In this document: positions 12,805 through 24,632 of the stretch, piece by piece | Position numbering within the stretch: the first letter of the stretch is position 1 | Layout: every line of letters starts with the position of its first letter | DNA from: Octopus sinensis | Taxonomy: Eukaryota | DNA length: 64,000 bases | Assembly: GCF_006345805.1 (NCBI RefSeq) | Contig: NC_042999.1 | Coordinates: 67,022,001 to 67,086,000 of the forward strand | Direction of reading: 5' to 3' | The notes under the pieces: generated by a model | The model's input: the letters and a program-made list of their open reading frames with translations, nothing else | What the model was told of the DNA's origin: nothing | Database searches by the model: none | Translations under genes and position numbers: made by a program

Positions 12805-12910
12805 ATTTCTTGCTGAAGAATCCGAGGGCTTATGGAAGATTGGCTTGATTTAATTTAATCAGGTTAGTTACCATTAAACAGCGGATGAAACGGTATACCG
12901 TACAAGAAAT
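12805..12910 (+). ncRNA. Type I hammerhead ribozyme, array copy 4
   Basis: atttcttg 12805-12812, CTGAAGA 12813-12819, atccg 12820-12824 pairing with cggat 12882-12886, GAAA 12887-12890, GTA 12900-12902, caagaaat 12903-12910. Confidence 0.88.
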
Positions 12911-13294
12911 TATAGGGTAAATGTTTTTTTAATTTTCTCCTGTTTACGGAATTAATCTTTATTTGCGGTAGAAGCTTTGGCTGTTATTTCTAGTGGGTGA
13001 ATGGCCTATTATGGCCGTTCCTTAATTGTTAATGTTGAACTTAAAAATGGTCTATGACTATTTAATTTTTTCCCACTGGGCCGCTGGTGGCAATAAAATT
13101 CTACAAAATTTTCCTTGCCACCCTATATTGATTAATTATGAATTTTTTGGTTAATTCCGTAATGGAATCGACGGCTGATATTTATTTGCTGCCGATAAAT
13201 TTGGCGCGAGTGCGACGATTTGAAAATTTTAGGTCAGATATTGCCTTGGCAAGATTGGCTATGCCTCGTGTAAATATCTGTTCCGACTTGAGCT

Positions 13295-13401
13295 ATTTCT
13301 TGCTGAAGAATCCGAGGGCTTATGGAAGATTGGCTTGATTTAATTTAATCAGGTTAGTTTACCATTAAACAGCGGATGAAACGGTATACCGTACAAGAAA
13401 T
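13295..13401 (+). ncRNA. Type I hammerhead ribozyme, array copy 5
   Basis: CTGAAGA 13303-13309, GAAA 13378-13381, GTA 13391-13393; stems as in copy 4. Confidence 0.88.
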
Positions 13402-13652
13402 TACAGGGTAAATGTTTTTTTAATTTTCTCCTGTTTACGGAATTAATCTTTATTTGCGGTAGAAGCTTTGGCTGTTATTTCTAGTGGGTGAATGGCCTAT
13501 TATGGCCGTTCCTTAATTGTTAATGTTGAACTTAAAAATGGTCTATGACTATTTAATTTTTCCCACTGGGCCGCTGGTGGCAATAAAATTCTACAAAATT
13601 TTCCTTGCCACCCTATATTGATTAATTATATATATATATATATATATATAAG

Positions 13653-13695
<43 letters not shown>

Positions 13696-13856
13696 GTATA
13701 TAAGGGCATCCAGCTGTAGAAACACTGCCAGATCAGACTGGAGCCTGGGGCAGCCCCTGGCTCCCCAGACCCCGGTCGAACCGTCCAACCCGTGCTAGCA
13801 CGGAAAACGGACGTTAAACGATGATGATGATGATGATGATGATATATGTATATATG

Positions 13857-13888
<32 letters not shown>

Positions 13889-15609
13889 ATAGAGAGAGAG
13901 AGAGAGTGTGTGTGCAAGTGAGGGAGCGTGTGCGTGTGCGTGTGTGTGTGGGTGGGTGTGTGCATTTGTTAGTTTAACAAGTTTAACCAAGTGAAACCAA
14001 CGTTTCACACTTCACTTATTGATTGCAGGCAACTCTTGTGAATCCTGCTTCATATATGTAGTACACACAAACTTGTACATGTATATATAAATATATATAT
14101 GAATGTGTGTGTGTGTGTGTGCATATATATGTGTGTGTGTATGTGTGTGTGTGTACATGTGTGCATGTATAAGACAAATATCATACATATAAATATATGT
14201 ATAAACGTGTATGCATGTATATATATATATATATACACACAACACACACACACATATATATATATACACACACACACTCACACATATATAGGCACATGTG
14301 TCAACATATATCCATACCCACATGTGTGTACATGTATATATTCAGCCAGAATATGTTTTAAAATATATACAATTGCAGATTCATATATCAAGCACAATAA
14401 CCAAAGAAGAAAGAAATGATATATTTTTTTCAAAATATAAAAATGATGAATAATTATTTCAAAAACAGTGTAAAGAAAGATAATGCAAATAACAAATATT
14501 GTATAAGAACAATACTGTATAAAAAAAATTTGTCAATAATGGAAAAAAAAAATTCAATGGTAATATTTATGGGTAAACCTTAACTTTAACCTACAAAACT
14601 TAAAACTATACAGTTATCTTTATATATCCATATTGCATTTGTTGAAAGATGAATATTTCTTCAGAATATCAAAATTGTGCATGTAACAAATATGATTTAG
14701 GTTTTAGTTGATTTTTGCTAGATTTCACAGGTTAAACTTAAAGATTACCAAACATTATATGGGAATTTGAATCAATAAAAATTATTGAGAAGATCAAAAT
14801 TATTCGTTTAATCTTTTATAGCTGAAATGAGTGCCGGAATATAGAAAGGTTTGCAGATTAATCTTAATGGTTATCTCGTATTATTTATAAATTTGTGACA
14901 ATAAAACTGTATTTATTGGGAATACCAGCATTTTCTATGCAATTTAATACAGCTAAAATCTGAGCTGAAATGCAGATTGTTTTTCAAGTTTATCTAAACC
15001 TATATCATCATCATCATCATCATCGTTTAGCGTCCGTTTTCCATGCTAGCATGGGTTGGACGGTTCTACTGGGGTCTGTGAAGCCAGAAGGCTTCATCAG
15101 GCCCAGTCAAATCTGGCAGTGTTTCTACGGCTGGATGCCCTTCCTAACGCCAACCAACTATATGAAAATTAAAAATAAAATAAAACTAAAAATAAAAATT
15201 AAAAATGAAATAAAATAAAAATTAAAAATATAATAAAACAAAAATTAAAAATAAAATTAAAATTAAAAATAAAAATAAACTAAATAAAATAAAATAAAAC
15301 TGTATTTCTTTTATCTTTTATCTTTTATCGTTTACTTGTTTCAGTCATTTGACTGCGGCCATGCTGGGGCACTGCCTTGAAGAATTTTAGTCAAAGAAAT
15401 CAACACTAGTACTTCAATTTTTTTATAAGCCTGGTTCATATTCTATCAGTATCTTTTGCTGAAACACTAAGTTATAGGCATGTAGACATATCTGTGCTGG
15501 TTGTCAGGCAGTGATAGGGAACAAACACATACACACATAGATATACATATACATATACATGATCATCATCGTTTAACGTCCACTTTCCATGCTGGCATGA
15601 GTTGGACAG

Positions 15610-15752
15610 ATATACATATGTGTGTGTGTGTGTGTGTGCATGTGTGTGTGTGCGTGTGTGTGTTTTTATATATTATATGTGCATATATATACATATATGT
15701 GTGTGTGTGTGCGTGTATATATATATATGTATGTATATATATATTTATGTAT

Positions 15753-15848
<96 letters not shown>

Positions 15849-15886
15849 GTGTATATATATATACGTGTATGTATATATATATATAT

Positions 15887-15939
<53 letters not shown>

Positions 15940-15954
15940 CATATATATATATAC

Positions 15955-15987
<33 letters not shown>

Positions 15988-15990
15988 CAA
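15610..15990. repeat. Compound (TG)n/(TA)n/(TATG)n microsatellite (similar tracts at ~690-990, 5215-5320, 14090-14340, 18490-18830, 25930-26235, 26730-26920, 36300-36423, 43870-44160)
   Basis: Directly visible; source of most YI/CV/HT-rich ORFs. Confidence 0.95.
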
Positions 15991-16990
15991 TGGACTTCTT
16001 TCAACTTCTGTCTACCAAATCCACTCACATGGCTTTGGTGAGCCCAAAGCTAGAGCAGAAGACACTTGGCCAAGGTACCACACACTGGGACTGAACTCAG
16101 AACTATGTAGTTGGGAAGCAAACTTCTTACCATGTAGCCGCATATCAGAAATTTCTACTTAATAATATTTAGTTGAAATAAGAGCGAGATTAATAGATTT
16201 TGTAGGTTAAAATTAACGATTACCCAACATCATATGGGAAATTTGTATCAAAAAAATTTATGTATTTGTAATAATAAAAATTTACCATTTAACAAATTGT
16301 ACTTTAAATAAGAACTGACTTTAGTTGGGTTTTGTAGGTTAAACTTAAAGATTAACTTAATATTGAATGGAAAATCGAGTCAATAATTGTAACACAACAT
16401 AGGACCAAAAACACTTACATCTCTATTTCTGTGATTCTATCTTCATCCCTTCCCAGTGACTCTGGCAAGAGCTGGTGTGTATTTGCCAATGAAGCTGGTT
16501 TAATCAACTCTCCTTCATTGAAGACGGAAAAAACATGCCACGACGTGAAATAGCGCGTGTGATAGAAACATGTGATTACATACAGAAACTCCTACAAACA
16601 TATGCACATACATACAGACATGCATGGATACATATATATACACATATGTGCATTTGTATACTTACATACAACACAGTACACAGATTTATAAATACATATG
16701 AACATATGTAGATGTGTGTGCATATATCCACATATAGACAGACGCTTACATGCATATATGCATTCATACATTTATTCACACAGATATGTAGTTATACACA
16801 CACATTGATGTATGTATATGTAAACAGGTGTGTGCATAGAAATATATGTAGATACAGGCATATTTATACATACACATGTGCAGAAGATGTAGATATTTAC
16901 ATATTAATAGACAGAGATTGCCATATATATACATAATTACAAACTCAAGTGTATATTCCATACATCCTTGGTAATTATATAAGTACTATC

Positions 16991-17395
16991 AGGAGTGGCT
17001 GTGTGGTAAGTAGCTTGCTAACCAGCCACATGGTTCCGGGTTCAGTCCCACTGCGTGACATCTTGGGCAAGTGTCTTCTGCTATAGCCCCGGACCGACCA
17101 ATGCCTTGTGAGTGGATTTGGTAGACGGAAACTGAAAGAAGCCTGTCGTATATATGTATATATATATGTGTGTGTGTGTGGGAGGGGGGTGTCTGTGTTT
17201 GTCTCCCTAGCATTGCTTGACAACCGATGCTGATGTGTTTACATCCCCGTCACTTAGCGGTTCGGCAAAAGAGACCGATAGAATAAGTACTGGGCTTACA
17301 AAGAATAAGTCCCGGGGTCGATTTGATCGACTAAAGGCGATGCTCCAGCATGGCTGCAGTCAAATGAGTGAAACAAGTAAAAGAGTAAAAGAGTA
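16991..17395 (+). mobile_element. SINE family A
   Basis: Full-length copy matching 1861-2319. Confidence 0.85.
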
Positions 17396-17637
17396 TACCT
17401 CTATGCACATTCTATACTCACATATAATCTCACGTTTTTATGTATACACTATTACATAGATTCTCTCTTCCTTCTGTTATAATCTTTCTTGCTTCAAATG
17501 TGTGTGCATCTATGTCTACATATTTGTGTAAGTACATACACACATACATACATAAGTGTGCACACATACACACACATGCACATATATATACACACAGAGA
17601 GAGTGACATCTATATATGCATCTTATATATATATATA

Positions 17638-18275
17638 TCAGGTCATCCCATAAGTTCTGTCCGATTTTACCTTTCTTAAAATTGAATGATATTTAATAGT
17701 ATTTTAGAATGTCTAATGGATTTTAAAATTATTTTTATGTATTTATGTACATTTAAACTAATTAAATATTATTTTACAGAATAATAGAATTAAAATAGAA
17801 GATTTGAGGCACATAATGCTTTATGAATACAAAAAAGGAAACTCTGCAGCCGAAACGATTCGAAACGTACACTCAGTTTATGGGAAAGAATGCTTGAACG
17901 AAAGAACTTGCAGATGATGGTTTGCAAAATTCAGAAGTGGAGATTTCAGACATGAAGATGAAGATTGAACAGGACATCTAGTTGAGTTTGCTGATAAGCT
18001 CCTTGAGGCATTACTTGAAGAAAATCCTGCATTATCATTTGAAGAATTGGCAATAAAGCTTAGTTCAAACCATACAATTGTTCATCGTCATCTTCAACAA
18101 CTTGGAAAGGTTCCTAAACTTGGAAAATGAATGCCTCATGAATTGTCCGAAAGCAACTGCAAATCCCGAGTTGACATCTACTCTTCTCTCCATTCTCGCG
18201 AACTCATTTCACCCTTTTTGGATAGACTTGTGACTGGTAATGAAAATTGGATCTTCTATCTAAATGTTAAGTGTT
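17638..18275 (+). mobile_element. Mariner 5' half, degenerate
   Basis: TIR-like start after TA. LRHIMLYEYKKGNSAAET..WFAKFRSGDF..MPHELS..FLDRLVTGNENWI, with in-frame stops. Confidence 0.85.
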
Positions 18276-19209
18276 GGAAACACTGTTTAATACTGGTATC
18301 AGTCATGACTATGATCTCAAGGTGTGATATATCACCAAAGGCCTCGGTCACCTGTCACTGAATTCATGAGGCCAAACGTTCGAAGTGTTATTTATGTGCC
18401 ACTGGTACAGGTGCCTGTTACATGGCCCTGGTATCAGCCATGACTAAGGTTTCAGAATGAGAATGATTATATATAGACAACCATGCACAGCTGTGTGTGT
18501 GTGTGTGGTGTGTGTGTGCACGCGTGCTTGTGTGTTTATGCGTGCATGTGTGTATGTGAGTTTTGTTGTGAGCGTGCATGTGTGTGTGTGTATGTGTGAG
18601 TGTATGTGTGTGTGCATGCATGCGTGTGTGTGTGTGAGTATGTATGTGTGTGCATGTGTGTATATGTGAGTGTGCCTGCATGTGTGTGTATGTGTGAGTA
18701 TGAGTGTGTGTGTGTGTGTGTAAGTGCATGTGTGTAGGTGTGTGTGTTAGTGTGTGTATGAGTGCATGTGTGTGTGCGCGCGCATGCATGCGTAAGTGTG
18801 TGAGTGTAAGTGAGTGTGTCTTTGCATTTGTATTTGTAAGTACTAGGGTTAATTTGTTTGGCCAAACCATGGAAGGGATAGACTACATAGCAGCTCAGTA
18901 GTGAAACTGGGCCATTGAACTGTGACTTTCTTTACTCAATTGAAACCATCTAGGACTAGCATCCCAAATAAAATGCTTGGTGGCATTCTTTTGGCATTGA
19001 AGCAAAGATGATTTACTGTGATTATGTATGAGATGTTTTCATTTTAGGATATCGGCTCCACAAGCCTTTTCATTCCAGTAGGTCACATGACCTTGTGATT
19101 AACTGAAATTGTTGTTTGCATTGGTCAGTTTCCAGCCATCCAATCGTGTTAGTGCAACAGTTGTTTTTCTTACATGGGAAATTAATCACCAGCTCTAGGA
19201 GCCTATTGA

Positions 19210-19505
19210 TCATCATCATCATCATCATCATCATCATCGTTTAATGTCCGCTTTCCATGCTAGCATGGGTTGGACGATTTTGACTGAGGGCTGGTGAACC
19301 AGATGGCTGCACTAGGCTCCAATCTTGATTTGGCGGAGTTTCTACAGCTGGATGCTCTTCCTAACACCAACCACTCTGAGAGCGTAGTGGGTGCTTTTTA
19401 CATGCCACCGGCACGGGGGCCAGTCAGGCGGTACTGGCAATGACCTCGCTCGAATCTTTTTACACATGCCACCAGCACAGGTGCCAGTAAGGCGACGTTG
19501 GTAAG
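19210..19505 (-). mobile_element. (GAT)n-tailed non-autonomous repeat family D
   Basis: (cat)n-cgtttaa.gtccg.tttccatgctagcatgggttggac. Copies at ~9745-10000(+), 13703-13845(+), 15005-15155, 30920-31270, 36052-36295, 36857-37037, 37555-37840, 51010-51268(+) and 52200-52310(+). Confidence 0.8.
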
Positions 19506-19929
19506 AATGACAGTTCTCAACCGCTCTAGGTCTTTGACACACACCACTGACCACACGCAACTCATCTCCAGCAACGATGTATCTGATACAAGCCAGTCTC
19601 CGTTTTCATCTTCCCCACCTGATGCCTGCCTACATCATTGCTGTATGACAATCACACAAACTAACAGACCAATGGTGACCTCTACACATCACCAAACAGT
19701 ATGTCAACTACGTGTACAAGATCAACATTCCAGCCTAACCATGAAGTCTCTCACATATCCTTGTGTGAAAGACTCATGCTATGTTATTTTGATTCATGTA
19801 TGGCAATCATTGTAGTTTATAACAGAGAATAAATCGTCACTTACCAGTACATTTCATCTCAAGTCATATATCCATTTTCACATTTCCTTTATTTACCATC
19901 TTCATTATAGCATCATGTCCTAAGTTCAT

Positions 19930-22300
19930 ATTCCATCGAGGTCGATTTTGCCTGTCATCATTTCAGGGGTCAATAAAATAATTACCAGCTGAGCATTGGA
20001 AGCAAAGTAATCAACTAGCACCACTCCCTCAAAATTCTTTCTCTCACATAATATAACACTTATTTATTTATTTATTTATTTATTTATTTTATCTAGTTTC
20101 AGCTCACGAGCTGTGGCCATGCTGAGGCACCGCCATTTTATTTTTTTTTAAGTCGATTATATCGACCCCAGTGCGTAACTGGTACTTATTTAATCGACCC
20201 CGAAAGGATGAAAGGTAAAGTTGACCTCGGCGGAATTTGAACTCAGAACATAGCAGCAGACGAAATACCGCTAAGCATTTCACCTGACATGCTAACGGTT
20301 CTGCCAGCTCACTTGTTTTCAACTCTTTTGTTTTAGTTCTAAGCAAAAATGTGTCTTAGTTGACATTCTTACAACAAATAAAGATAACCTTATAATTAAT
20401 ATTAGTTGTATATTCTTTTCTACTCTAGGCACAAGGCTTAAAATTTTGGGGGAGGGAGTCAGTCGATTAGATCAACCTCAGTATGCAACTGGTACTTAAT
20501 TTATTGACCCCAAAAGGATGAAAGACAAAGTTGACCTCAGTGGAATTTGAACTCAGAAAATATTAGTTGTATATTATTGATATTAGTAATAAGAGTAAGG
20601 TGGTGAGCTGGCAGAACTGTTAGCATGCCAGGCAAAATGCATAGCAACATTTCATCCATCTTGACGTTCTGAGTTCAAATTCTACCAAGGTTGGCTTTGT
20701 CTGTCTTCCTTCCAAGGTCAATAAAATAAGTAGCAGTTGAACACTAGGTTGATGTAATCGATATACCTACAGCACCAAAATTTGCTGGCCTTGTGCCAAA
20801 ATTTAAAACCAGTATTAGTTGTATGTTATTAATATTGATTTCAAATTTTGGCACAAGGCCAACAATTCTGTGTAAGCAGCGAAGTCAATTCATCGACCCC
20901 AGTGCTCAACTGGTATTTATTTCATCAAACCCAAAAGGACGAAAGGCAAAGGCTACCTCAGAGAAATTTGAACCCAGAATCTAAAGATGGAGAAAATGCC
21001 ACAAACTATTTTGCCCAGTGTGCTAATGATCCTGCCAGCTTGCTGCCCTAGTATATTATTAATGTTAATAATTCTTTCTACTGAAGGCACAAGGCCTGCA
21101 ATTTGGCAGAGTCAGGACTAGTCAATTACATTAACCCCAGTGTTTCACTGGTACTTAATTTTATCGACCCTGAAAGGATGAAAGGCAAAGTCAACTGCAG
21201 TGGAATTTGAACTCAGAACAAAGATAGACAAAATGTCTCATGCATTTTGTCCAGCATGCTATCAATTCAATCAGCTCACCAACTTGTTTGTTCCTTCTCG
21301 AGCCATGCCTGGCTCATTAGGGCTGGTTTCCCGGTTTCCCAGTTTCCTTGGTGTATAGGTTCCCCACCAGGATGGGATGCCAGTCCGTCGCAGGTGAGCT
21401 GCAAGATGCAGGAGGAAAGAGTGAGAGAAAGTTGTGGCGAAAGAGTCAGCAGAAGTTCACCATTACCTTCTTCCAGAGTTGCGTGGAGCTCAGGTGTTTC
21501 GCTCATAAATACACACATCGCCCAGTCTGAGATTCGAACCTGCGATCCCTCAACCGCAAGTCTGCTGCTCTAACTACTAGGCCATGTGCTTCCACAGCTC
21601 ACCAACTTAGTATGTTATTAATATTAGTTTCAAATTTTAGCAAAGGTCAGTAATTTTAGAGGAGGGGTAAGTCAATTACATTGACCCACTGCCTAACTGG
21701 TACTCACTTTATTGACCCCAAAAGGATGAAAGGCAAAGTTGACTTTGGCAGAATTTGAACTCAGAATGTAAAGATAGACGAAATGCCACAAACCATTTTG
21801 CCCGGCACAGTAACGATTCTGCCAGCTCACCACATTTAGTATGTTATTAATTAATATTAATAATAAAAGTAAGGTAACGAGCTAGAAGAATTGTTAGCAC
21901 ATCGGGCGAAATGCTTAGCAGTATTTCATCTGTCTTTACATTTTGTGTTCAAATTCCACTGAGGTTGACTTTACCTTTCATCTTTTCAGGGTCAATAAAT
22001 TAAGCACTACTGGGGTCAATCTAATCGACTGGCTCCCTCCCCAAAAATTTCGGGCCTTGTGGCTAGAGTAGAAAATAATATGTTTCGAAGGGCAGTGAGC
22101 TAGAAGAAACGTTAGCACACTAGCCAAAATACTTAGTGGTATTTTGCCCATCACTATGTTCTGAGTTCAAATTCCGCCGAGGTCAACTTTGTTTTCATAC
22201 TTTCTGGGTCAAGAAAGTAAGTACAAGTTGTGTACTGGGGTCGATCTAATCGACTGCCCCCACCTCCCCCAAAAATTTCGGGCCTTGTGCCAAGAGTAGG
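19930..22300. mobile_element. Dense cluster of ~9 SINE family B copies in both orientations
   Basis: Repeated gagttcaaatt/aatttgaactc and cctttcatcc/ggatgaaagg motifs separated by short AT-rich spacers. Confidence 0.8.
21286..21594 (-). mobile_element. tRNA-derived SINE family E (V-domain-like body) nested in a family-B copy
   Basis: 14-bp TSD cagctcaccaactt (21272-21285, 21595-21608), B box ggttcgaatctc, and gactggcatcccatcc motif. A related fragment lies at 1-170. Confidence 0.75.
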
Positions 22301-22666
22301 AAAGGACATTAATAATAAAAGTATTATATCAGATACTTGTTTATGAAGATCTTGTAAATGTTGTAATCGTTGTTGTTATTTCTGGATGAGTGGGTGTTCG
22401 TTGTTGCTATGGTATTTATCGCCATCAACATCAGTGGATGCAGGCATCAACTGAATGCTTTCTTAACAAACCTTATATTTATTTGGTATATGTATGCACT
22501 CATATGTATGCATGTGTGTGTATGCGTACATGTGTGTGTGTGTGTATGTGTGGGTGTTCATTTATATGTAAACCAAGCATAAGTGCATGTATATCTGTAC
22601 ATGCATTTACATTTGTAGATATGCATAGAATAAACTTTTGTATACACAAACATATATACACAGGTA

Positions 22667-22720
<54 letters not shown>

Positions 22721-22724
22721 TATG

Positions 22725-22758
<34 letters not shown>

Positions 22759-22762
22759 CGTA

Positions 22763-23004
22763 TACTCTTTACTCTCTCTTTTACTCGTTTCAGTCATTTG
22801 ACTGTGGCCATGCTGGAGCACCGCCTTTAGTCGAGCAAATCAACCCCAGAACTTATTCTTTGTAAGCATAGTACTTATTCTATCAGTCTCTTTTGCCGAA
22901 CCACTAAGTTACGGGGAGGTAAACACACCAGCACTGGTTGTCAAGCGACACGCAAACATATAGACATGCAAACATATACACACACATACACACACACACA
23001 CACT

Positions 23005-23044
<40 letters not shown>

Positions 23045-24591
23045 CATATATACGACGGGCTTCTTTCAGTTTCCATCTACCAAATCCACTCACAAGGCTT
23101 TGGTTGGCCTGAGGCTATAGTTGAAGACACTTGCCCAAGGTGCCACACAGTGGGTCTGAACCCGGAACCATGTGGCTGGTAAGCAAGCTACTTACCCCGC
23201 AGCCACTCCAATAAGGAAGCAAAGTGTACATACGCTGCTATATATATATATATAAAACACAAAATGGAACAAGAACGCAAAACATCCAGACAACTAGGTG
23301 ATACAAAAAGGGACACCAAAACATCCAGATAGACGATACAAAGAAAACAAGGACGGGTCATTCGAAGTTTTCTATCTTCAGTCATGAACCAGATTATCCT
23401 CGCAATTTCAGCTGATTATTCTTGAGATTGCTCCAATCTGGCCAGCCGCAAGGAAAAACTAAGCTAAGAGCATTAGATTCCTTGCAAGAAAGCAACGGAT
23501 GTATACAAAAACAAGGATGGAAAAAACGGACAAAGTTACACGAATATAAATACAATAATACATACAATAAAAATAATAACAGAACATAACAACAGGGTCT
23601 TTCGACTAAGGATGAATTGAATTAAGCTGATGCATGTGGAAATGAAGCCTTACGACAGAGATACAAAAATTTCACAAACACAGGGAAGAATATCAATGTT
23701 GCACGGATGGTGGTCAGACCAAGAAAGAAAGAACAGGCTAGGCTGACTGTGCCGTCACGTGGGAAGAGAAGAGAGAGAAGTAGAAGCAGAGAGACAGAAG
23801 AATTAAAGAGGGGCGAGAAAAAAGGACAGGGACACATTGAAGTGAAAAGTGGAGGGAAAGTGAGTAAGAAGAGAAAGCAAAGAAATGTGAGTGAGAGGGA
23901 AAAATAGAATGAAGAGTGGAATGAATGAATAAGTGTGAAAGGACAGCCCCAAGGAAAAACTAAGCTAAGAGCATTAGATTCCTTGGAAGAAAGCAATGAA
24001 TGTATACAAAAACAAGGATGAAAAAGCATCTTTTACAAAACCACTAAGTTACAGAGAACATAAATGTACCAACACAAGTTGGCAACTGGTAGGGAAGACA
24101 AAGAAAAATACATAGACATACATGCACACAAGCACACACACACGCACACACACATGCACACACACACACACATGCACACACAAACACATGGATATAGTTA
24201 TGTATGTCAGGCTTCCATGCAGTTTCCATTTACCAAATTCATTGACAAAACATTGATCAGTATGGGACTACATTAGTAGACACTTGCTCAAGGTGCCATG
24301 TAGTAGGACTGAAACTGAAACCTCATGGTTCGAAAGTGAGCTCCTTAATCATACGACCATGCCTGTGCCTTTTTTATCTTTTATCTTTTTACCTGTTTCA
24401 GTCATTAGACTGTGGCCATGCTGGAGCACCACCTTTAGTCAAGCAAATCGACCCCAGGACTTATTCGTTGTAAGCATAGTACTTGTTTTATCGGTCTCTT
24501 TTTGCCGAACCGTTAAGTTACAGGGACGTAAACATACCACCATTGGTTATCAAGCGATGTTGGGGAGGGGGGGGCAAACACAGACACACAA

Positions 24592-24632
<41 letters not shown>

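Larger units (their letters stand above)
11122..13629. mobile_element. Tandem/inverted array of ~490-bp non-coding units with hammerhead ribozymes (retrozyme / Penelope pLTR-like)
   Basis: Unit start attaacaattaagg recurs at 11122, 11612 and 12105. Orientation flips at 12432/12433 and reverse-complement units run to 13629. Copies differ mostly by homopolymer indels. Both ends merge into (TA)n. Confidence 0.92.

Noticed and set aside
11799-13338. Three 66-aa ORFs (MNFLVNSVMEST...) in the array
   Set aside because: They are copies of the repeat unit, overlap the HHR core, resemble no known domain, and are frameshifted in another unit; the unit is better explained as non-coding RNA.
11122-13629. 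CRISPR array or simple satellite interpretation
   Set aside because: No unique spacers and a eukaryotic context. The ribozyme content and inverted arms argue against a plain satellite.
19048-19110. Acceptor followed by GYRLHKP (kinase-like) or a 30-bp micro-exon
   Set aside because: Too short, with an early stop and no supporting neighbouring exons.
23340-23460. HHR on the minus strand (CTGAAGA and GAAA words; also ~44500-44570)
   Set aside because: Could not form stems I-III around the core.
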